The notes under the pieces were generated by a model. That model did no database searches. It saw only the letters and a list, made by a program, of their open reading frames with translations, and was not told where the DNA came from. Positions 56,052 to 64,000 of a stretch of 64,000 nucleotides of DNA are shown piece by piece. Position numbers and translations under genes: made by a program. The stretch's first letter is position 1. Every line of letters starts with the position of its first letter. Source of the DNA: Diplonema japonicum (taxonomy: Eukaryota > Protista > Euglenozoa: Diplonemea). The stretch lies in the NCBI GenBank assembly GCA_964019335.1, contig OZ025727.1:1-64000 (forward strand), read 5' to 3'.

Positions 56052-56257
56052 CCGATCACCAACGGATTTTTTCAAAGTGCAGTCGGTAGTTTTGAAAAAG
56101 TGACCTGGCCATTGCAGCCATACTTATGACCCTTGCCGTGCACCGCCGGAAGCGGTTTAATTTGGATTTTTGAATTCAGAAAGATAACCAACAAAAAAAA
56201 AAACTAGAACTAAAATTGCTTGGGCGGCCGAGTTTCAAAACCCCGATGGTGATCCTG
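56052..56257. mobile_element. Degenerate piggyBac-type MITE
   Basis: TTAA|CCGATCACCAACGG ... CCGATGGTGATCC; imperfect TIRs. Confidence 0.4.
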
Positions 56258-56738
56258 TAACTCTGAACACTTTTTTTTTTTTTTTTTTTGAGAGAAAGAA
56301 AAAGAGCAGGGAAGATAAAGGGTTATAAAAAAAAGGGGGGGGGGAGGAAGGGGTGTGCTTAACAAGGGGGAAAGGTTTAGTTTACTTCTTTTTTTCTTTT
56401 TTTTTTTTAAAAGGGAGGAATATGCGACTTTTTCAAAGGAAATTAAAAAAAAAGAAGCGAAAGGAGGCGGAGGGGGAAGGACAACAGGCTTAACCATCTT
56501 TTAAAGAAATAAAAAAGAACTAGTGTGTGTGGGGGGAGGTCCCTACTTCTTCTCCACCACAAAGTCTGATGCCATGAAAGGGGCGGGGCAAGAATAGACA
56601 GTAATCTAAAGACGTGATTCGAGGAAAAAAAAAAGAGAACAATAAAATATCACGATTTGTTTTTTTTATTTTTCTTTAGATTGCATAAGCCACACACACG
56701 CACGGTATGGAAAAAAAAAAAAGAAAAAGAGACATTTA

Positions 56739-56768
56739 AGGGTACCTGCGGTATGTGACAGGACGCCT
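56739..56768 (-). repeat. Isolated 3'-terminal stem-loop of the retroposon family
   Basis: TTTA|AGGGTACCTGCGGTATGTGACAGGACGCCT. Confidence 0.7.
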
Positions 56769-58162
56769 GAGAAGAAATTAGTGAACAGTAGATCTTCTTC
56801 TTCTTCTTTTTACACTACTGTAAAGTGGGGGGGAAAAAAATGTCAGGCTGGAAAATGTCCAGCCTGGCAAACTCCCGAACACCAAAATAACTCAGACATT
56901 TGACGGTCGAGAGATTTTTTTTTTTGTTTTTGTTTTTGTTTTTTTTTTTTTTTTTTTTTTCTTGTTTTTGTTTTTATCTCACTAAACTCTTCATCAAAAA
57001 AAAGGGGGGGGGGGGACTACCAGATTTGGACTTAATTAGACTCCCCACAACCTTATCGTTCCCCCGGCTTTCGATTTTTCTTCAAGGGTGTTAAGGGTGC
57101 ATGATGGACCTATGCTGCGTTGCCTGAACTCTCACCGAGAATCATCTCTACCCAACAATTTAAAAAAAAAATCAAATTGTTAACCGTAAAAATAAAAAAA
57201 TAAAAAGGGAGAGAGAAAAAAAAATCGGTTTTTCGAAAATCCATATGTAAATGTATCTGTTTAAACAAATTCCGTCATTCCAAATCAAGTCCAAATCCGG
57301 TAATTTTTTGCAAGTATGAGGCACACGGCGGCGGGGGAGGGGGGGTTGACGAGAAAGAAGATCTTACTTCACGAAGCAAGTGGAAAAAATAATTTCGAGC
57401 AAAACAACCCTCTCCCCCCCCCCCCCCCCTCACCACCACAAGTGGATTATGCTCTTTTTCTTATTTTCATTTTGATATGTTTGTTTTTTTTACTTAATGA
57501 AAAGCCGGGCTTGAAAAGGGTGGGGTTACAAGGTTCCAAAGGGAAAAAAAAAAAAGAAAAAAAAAAGAAAAAAAAAAACAGTTTTCTATTCTCTCGCGTT
57601 TCTCAAAGACGTAGTGGAATACATATCAGTGGGAAAAAAAAAATATTTATGAGTTAAAGGAAGTCTTTGTGAGACGCCCCCTTGTTCACATCAAAATAAC
57701 GGTATTGAGACACTCCGCACCCTTGAAAAACTCGGCTCGAGTTAAGTAAAAAAAGAAATAGGGGGTAAACAAGGAAGAGAAAACAAGGGTTTTCAATTCT
57801 TTCGGCGGCAGGCATGGGGGGGACTAGCCCACCCCTTATATCAGGATGAGAGGAGAGGAGGCAAACATTTAAGGGGAAATAAATAAAAAAGAGAAAAAAA
57901 ACTGATTGGTGACATGTTTGCAAGGTGATCAAAGAAGAGAAGGATGGAAGAAGGAAAAAAAAAAAAAAAAAGAAGAAGAAGAAGAAGAAAAAAAAAGTGC
58001 ATTCTGTCCCTTAATTTTCCAAGTACGGTTCTCGGGAAGGGGGAGCCTCTTTAACGCCAGGAAAACATTTCCTGCCAAGTCAATGCTGTCTCACGCGAGA
58101 AAAGTAAAGCAAATTTGGTCATTAACAAGTTGCATTTTCGAATAAGTAAAGAAAAGAAGAAA

Positions 58163-58197
<35 letters not shown>

Positions 58198-58601
58198 GAA
58201 ATACCTCCCATCCATTCTATCGAATCTTCTTTTTTTCTCTTCTCTTAGCTCAAAAAGTAAAATAAAAAAAAATATAAATTTTCTCTCCCCTCAGCAAAAA
58301 AAAAAAAAAGAAAAAAAAAAAAGAATATACTCAAACATTCAAAACTTACTTGCACTGTGTAATGAACCAAGCAGTCCTGCGTCTCTATGACTATGCCCCC
58401 TGATCCTTGGTCCGCAAAAAAAAAAAAAAAAAAAAAAAAAAAAGAAATGCCGAGGGGGAACTATATGCGACATTTACATGGGTCTTCTTATTTTTTTAGA
58501 GTACAGATTTCTTTCTGTTCTTTTTCAGGTGTGGGGGAAGGGGGAGGGGAGAAGCAAAGAAAACGTTTAAGAAAATTTCGGGGAATGAAACTTTTCCAAC
58601 C

Positions 58602-58643
<42 letters not shown>

Positions 58644-58701
58644 CGTTCGCTCAAAAAAAAAAAAAATTAAAACTTACTTTCCCCTGCATAATTTCAATGC
58701 T

Positions 58702-58748
<47 letters not shown>

Positions 58749-59583
58749 CCCTCTTCTTTTTTTTCTTTTTTCATCCACGGGGAGGGGGTGCCTTTGGGGT
58801 CACCCCGAGCACAAAAACTTCGAGGAAAAATAACTAAAGTAATTCTCAATTGTACCCCGTAGCCCGCAGGCACCTTCTGAAGCAGTCCAAGTGCAGGTAC
58901 TCCTAAAAAGAAAAGAAAAAAAAAGGGAAAAAAAAAAAAAAAAACCATCTTTTCTCGAAAGGCACTTTAGAGATATGAGGATGACCCCATGAAGAAAGGA
59001 CTCTCAGTTCTGGTAACATGCGGCGCCGCAGGGAAAGACCGGGTTAAAAGATTGAAATATGGTAAAACAAGAAACATATAAAAAAAATATTTTCGCGCAA
59101 TACTTATAGATGTTTGGACATGCCGAGGGGACTAGCATGGGAGGGAAGGAAGAGAGGGGGAAATACTTGACAGTGCCCTTCAGCCCCTTTGCCAGCTTTG
59201 GTGTAGGGGGTATAATAACAAATATAAAAAAAAAAAAAAAGGAAAACTCCTTCGTGTAAAGTAAAGTGTTGCGAGATGATAAAAAAACTTGAGAAAAGTT
59301 AAACTACCAAGGCGGCGACACAGGGGGAGGGGGCACAACGAAGAAAGAAAGTTAAGGTTAAGCAGGCAGGGGCTGTCGGGCGCTTTCATTTCCCCCCCCC
59401 TCTTTTTTTCTTCTTTTTATTTTTTTTTATTTTTTTATTTTTTTTTTTTGTTTCCTCTCCCAACGAAAAAAAAAAAAAAAAAAAAAAAAAAGATATGGGA
59501 GTGCACCTTCCTTCGTCTTGTTTTTACTGAATCGACCAAAACCGCTAAAATCAGCAGCTTTCACAAAAAAAAAAAAGGCGATG

Positions 59584-60145
59584 TTTAAGGGCACATCCCA
59601 CTTGAGGACCACCCTATGGGGGTGGGGGCCTATCTCTTGATGCTTCCTTTTTGGAGCCTCGCTTTCGTTCCGATGGCGGATACCAGTGTCTTTCGCAGAC
59701 GGTTGATGCGGTCCTTCTTCAGGTTAGTCTTCAGCTCTCTTAGTCCTGTCCTGAGTTTCTCGTGAGGCGAAGGTCGGTCTCTTTGCAAAGCCTATCGCTG
59801 CCTTCCCTCCTATTGCCATGAGGGACTTCACTCTCATTTTGCCCTTCGCCGGGAAGGCCTCTTCCTCTGTATCGTGCACCTGTCGCTCATCTTTTCGATC
59901 AATTTCTTGATCCTTCGTGCCTTTTCCACCTGCGTCACTCCCAGCGATCTTCGCGTCGTCGCTTCAAAGTCTAGGGCCAACTCCACCGCCGTCACCTCCG
60001 ATGTCGTGTCTCCTTCCACTCATCTTAGCTCCGACATCCACTTCAACAGCGACTCCGCGTACATCTGCAGTATCCCACTTGTCGTCCCGAGCTGCTCCAA
60101 CGTCGGTGTCATGTGCTTCACCCCCACCACTTTCCGTTCCCACGG
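59584..60145 (-). mobile_element. Degenerate LINE-like 3' fragment with stem-loop + TAAA end
   Basis: Stop-interrupted ORF ...LLKWMSELR*...VTAVELALDFEATT..., a motif I associate with protist LINE C-termini. It ends AGGGTGGTCCTCAAGTGGGATGTGCCCTTAAA. Confidence 0.5.
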
Positions 60146-61939
60146 TAGTTCTCCTCCAAAAAAAAAAAAAAAAAAAAAAACCAAACCCCCATTTTCGAAA
60201 TTAGTCCCCCCCCCCCCCCCTCCTTTTTTTCTTGCCAAAAATATTGAGGAGAACACAAAAAAAAAAAAAAAAAAGAAAGAAAAAAAACACTGCTCACGGT
60301 AAGCAAAACTTTTGAAATGCCTGAGTGTTTTTTCCGGGGGGGGGGGGGGGGGGGGGGGTGACCCTTTCAAATTCTAGATTTTTTTTTCAAAAGAAAAGGG
60401 GGTGTAAAAAAAAAAGGTAAACCTGGACCTACTGCCATGCCTCCGATAGTAATGACTCCGGAGGCCAGGCAAGTCATTATTTGTTTGTGCAACACCTTTA
60501 AGGTAACGAATAAATGCCATTCTTATTTGCTTCTGTTGTCTGTCGTCCTGTAAATAACCTCATTCGGCATACACCATGCCTTTAGAGCTCATTATATCTT
60601 TTTTTTTTCTTCTTCTTTTTCCCGCCTGTAAGAGGACAGGCATTTCGAGGGAGTTGGAAGGGGAAGAGTGGTGGTGGGGTGGGTGTCCGAAAATAACATA
60701 AACACTATATGGAAGGAAATATCACCCGAACTTAAAGAAAAGAAAGAAAAAAAAAAAAAAGAAGAAGAAGAAGAAAAGACAAAAAGTACTTTTTGTTTTT
60801 GTTTTTTTTTTTTTTTTGTTTTTTTTTGCATTTTTTTTTTTTTTTTTTTTTTTTTGCAGCCCAATTTTGCTTTGTTTTGCAAGTGGGCGGAGGGGGGGGA
60901 GAGGGGGAAAAAAAAAACAAAACAAAAAAAACAAAAAAAATAAAAAGAATGGAGCCATGGTTTACTACACTATTTCGTGTACAGCAAATCAGTGTGTTGT
61001 CAAGAATACAAAGAAGAAGAAGAAAAAAACTCTTCTTTTAAAAAAGAAACGCCCCTTTGGGCCACTTCTATTGCTTGGGCCGCGTTCACAAGGGCTACAC
61101 CTAATCGTTCTAGGGGTGCGGGGGGGGGGGGGGGGGGGGGGGGGGGTGTATTGGAGAAAAAAGACTTGGAACTTCCGCTGTGGTGCCCCCTCTTTTTTTC
61201 ATTACCAGTAAGGGCTCGGTTCAATACGGGCTTATGTTTTTTTTTTTTTCTTTTTCTTTTTCTTTTTCGTTTTCTTTTTCTTTTTCCTTTTTTTTTTTTT
61301 GGAGATCTCTGGTGTGAGTTTCTATCTGTTAACATTGTTCCCCTTTCCAGAGTATAACTTGTTCCAAATTGTTAGGCTTCAATGTTTTTTTTTTTTTTTT
61401 TTTTTTTTCTCTCTCTTTTTTTCTTCTTCTTCTTCTTCTTTTTTTTTTTTTTTTTTTTTCTTTTCCCTTTCAAAAATTTTGATAAGTCAAGTAGATCACG
61501 CGACATCACCACAAGGCTGATACGGCGGGTTGCCTTTGTTTGTGCGCACGAGCGGAATTTTACCTAATAAAATAGCTCATTACGCTGCCATCAACTAGTT
61601 TTTAGTCTCGACAATAATATTGTTAAAACAAAAAAAAAAGAAGAAAAAAAAAGGGGGGGGGATAATTGCTCGTGCTCCCCTCCCCTCCCCTCCCCCCTTT
61701 TTTTTTGCTTTAATTTCCTCGCCTTCTTTTTTTTTTCCATCCGGCTTTTTTTACGAAAGATGTTGCTATTATAGATTCAAGGGAAAGGCCGCATTCCTAG
61801 AGGGGGGGTGGGGTTGAAAGTGCTGGTGGAAAAAAGAAAAATAGAAAGGGTGTCCCACTCTGCAAAATCTTTGCTACTAGATACCATAGGTAGAATGCGT
61901 CGGACATTTTTTTTTTTTCCCCTCTTTTTTTAGTGAGAG

Positions 61940-61978
<39 letters not shown>

Positions 61979-62068
61979 ATCCTGGCCATGAAAGAATAGG
62001 TCAACTAAGGGCACATCCGAGAGGCGGATTCAAGAAAGAAAAAACATCATTCCGTCCCTATGCCAACG

Positions 62069-62105
62069 AAACCCGCAAACCCTGGGTTTCCGGGTTTGCG
62101 GGTTT
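62069..62105. repeat. Palindromic interstitial copy of the GGGTTTGC repeat
   Basis: AAACCCGCAAACCC-TGGGTTTCC-GGGTTTGCGGGTTT. Confidence 0.8.
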
Positions 62106-62176
62106 GTAATCACAAATTTAAAAACCCTAGGTTGGAGCAACGTCGGGTCTAAAAACAACAAACGAAAAAAAAAAAG

Positions 62177-62207
<31 letters not shown>

Positions 62208-64000
62208 ATGTAGTAGGTAGATTAGGTAGGATGCAACAACGGGGAGGGAACGGGGGGGGAATCGGGCAAGAAACACACACCTTTTCTTATTTTAAAGGAA
62301 CCACTATGACTCAGCTTCAGTCTTCCGCCAGCATACAGTACTCCTCTAGAAGACAATAAAATATCATAAAACTCTGTTTTCAAAGATAACTCTCAAGTTG
62401 AATAATTTTTACTTAGGGCGTCCTGCACATAGGTATGCAGCTCTGTTCAGAGCACTAGAAAAGGAAGAAAAACAAAAAGAAAAATTTATAAAAAGAAGAA
62501 GAAGAAGAAGAAGAAGAAGAAGAAGCAAACAAAATACCATAATATAAAGCCCCCTCGGATTTCAAAAGTATTTTTTTTTTTTTTCCTTCTTCTTCTTTAA
62601 ATCTCACAGTAGATTCTTGGTTTGTTGGTTATAAATAGCTATTTTTTTTTCTCATTTTTTTTTTTTTCTTTTTTCAATAATAATTTCCTGACCTTAATAA
62701 CTTAAAAGTACGGTCACAAGGAAAAGAAGGAGATAGGAGGGGAAAAAAAAAAAAAAAAGAAAAAAAAAGGATTTGATTCCCTTTTTTTTTTTTCTTCTTC
62801 TTTTTTTTTTTTTTTTTCCCCTCTTCAAAATCAAAATTACATTTGGAATGGTTTTCAAAAAAAAAAAAAAGAATCCTCTAGTCAGACTATTTGTTGCATC
62901 CCCTCTGGATCTCACAAGAAAAAAAAAAAAAAAAAAAAAAAGTCCCTCCAGTACCAATAAGATTATGTATAAGTCTTTAGAATAAGAAAGCGGTCCTACT
63001 TGGTCCGGCTTGACAATTCCACCGACACAAAAGAAACTGGCACCTTTTTTATTCTATAGTAATAATAATAATAAACAATAATAAAAACTAGACATTCCAA
63101 AAAGATTCGCGGTTTTTCTCAAGAAAAAAAAAAAGTATTTATATTTCCTAAGCAAGAAAAAAAGGAGGAAAAAAAATATCATAATTGATTCTGCTCAGTA
63201 TAAAAAAATAAAAAAAAAAAAAAAAAATAAAATAATAATAATAATAATAAACCACTATAAAAACTAGGCGCTCACTGACCTACCAGATTCGTACTTTGTT
63301 TTGTTCAGTATTAACGTGTGCGGTTAACTAATGCACTGTTTAAATTATGTGCCTTTCCCCCCCCCCCCCCCCCCCCGGATTCTGGACCCGACTTGGGACT
63401 TTTACGGAACAATTTGTTTCCCGATTTCTTTTGGAAGAAGAAGAGGTGGACCGAGGCAGAGAAGGAAGGAGCTAGCCGGAACGCGGAAATGGAGCAGAAG
63501 CACCCAACAAGACCGCCTCGAAGCCGGTTGTTGACCGGGTCTGCGGGGTCCAGTGCACGGAATTAAGATTTTTTTTTTTGTCTGCTTTTTTTAAATGTCC
63601 AAGTTGACTTTTTAACGTAACATAATAAGTACGAATCCAGTAATAAGAAAGCTATTTTTTTTTCTTCTTCTTTTTCCATTTTGTCAGAGTCTGCAGCACA
63701 TAACGTACGTTCAAGAAGGTGGGAGGAGGAGGAAAAAAAAAGGGGGGGGGGAACAAGCAGGGCAGCTTTGCTTGCAAGTATCTGGTAGCTGAAATGACAT
63801 TGCAAGTGGGAATAAGTAGGAAACCAAAAGTTCTTGGACCCCCCCTTTTTTTTTACCCAGGCAAAAACTTAAAAACAAAAGAAAAAAAAATCGCACGAGA
63901 GTAAAAACAAAAAAAAATTAGGAATGTCTTTTTTTTTTTTTTTTCGCTCGGCACAAAGTTTGGGGGGGGGGGGGGGGGAGAAGTGCATTCGCCGCAGTGG

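Noticed and set aside
56210-63904. Many poly-Lys/Phe/Gly/Pro ORFs here and in other spacers
   Set aside because: Artefacts of homopolymer runs.

Overview
Eukaryotic genomic DNA, almost certainly from a diplonemid (Euglenozoa). The evidence is a near-complete diplonemid-type spliced-leader (SL) exon at 2837-2874 (-), a single directional cluster of about 17 genes all on the minus strand, typical TM-adenylate cyclases and TxAP-stalk surface proteins, short GT-AG introns, and homopolymer-rich spacers. Genes: LVIVD-repeat surface protein, large multi-TM surface protein, Cys-rich secreted protein, two TM-cyclase-like proteins, ATP-grasp ligase, dirigent/AOC-like protein, SWEET, SAM+Zn-finger protein, two kinases, IFT74, Rae1, CDF Zn transporter, a frameshifted BNR gene and a small ubiquitin-like ORF. 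Spacers hold TTAA/piggyBac elements, long-hairpin (Crypton-like) elements and LINE-like 3' fragments sharing a terminal stem-loop. The most striking part is the first 3 kb: a (GGGTTTGC)n array is joined directly to the 3' end of a degenerate, SL-headed, AlkB-encoding minus-strand unit. It looks like a reverse-transcribed trans-spliced RNA, followed by a CA tract and an inverted remnant of the same repeat. A second, about 220-bp unit with an SL-like head and a LINE-like tail (16950-17172) suggests SL-derived SINEs. No reverse transcriptase is visible in the window, so the retro-origin is an inference. All family assignments are from motif recognition by eye, with no database searches.
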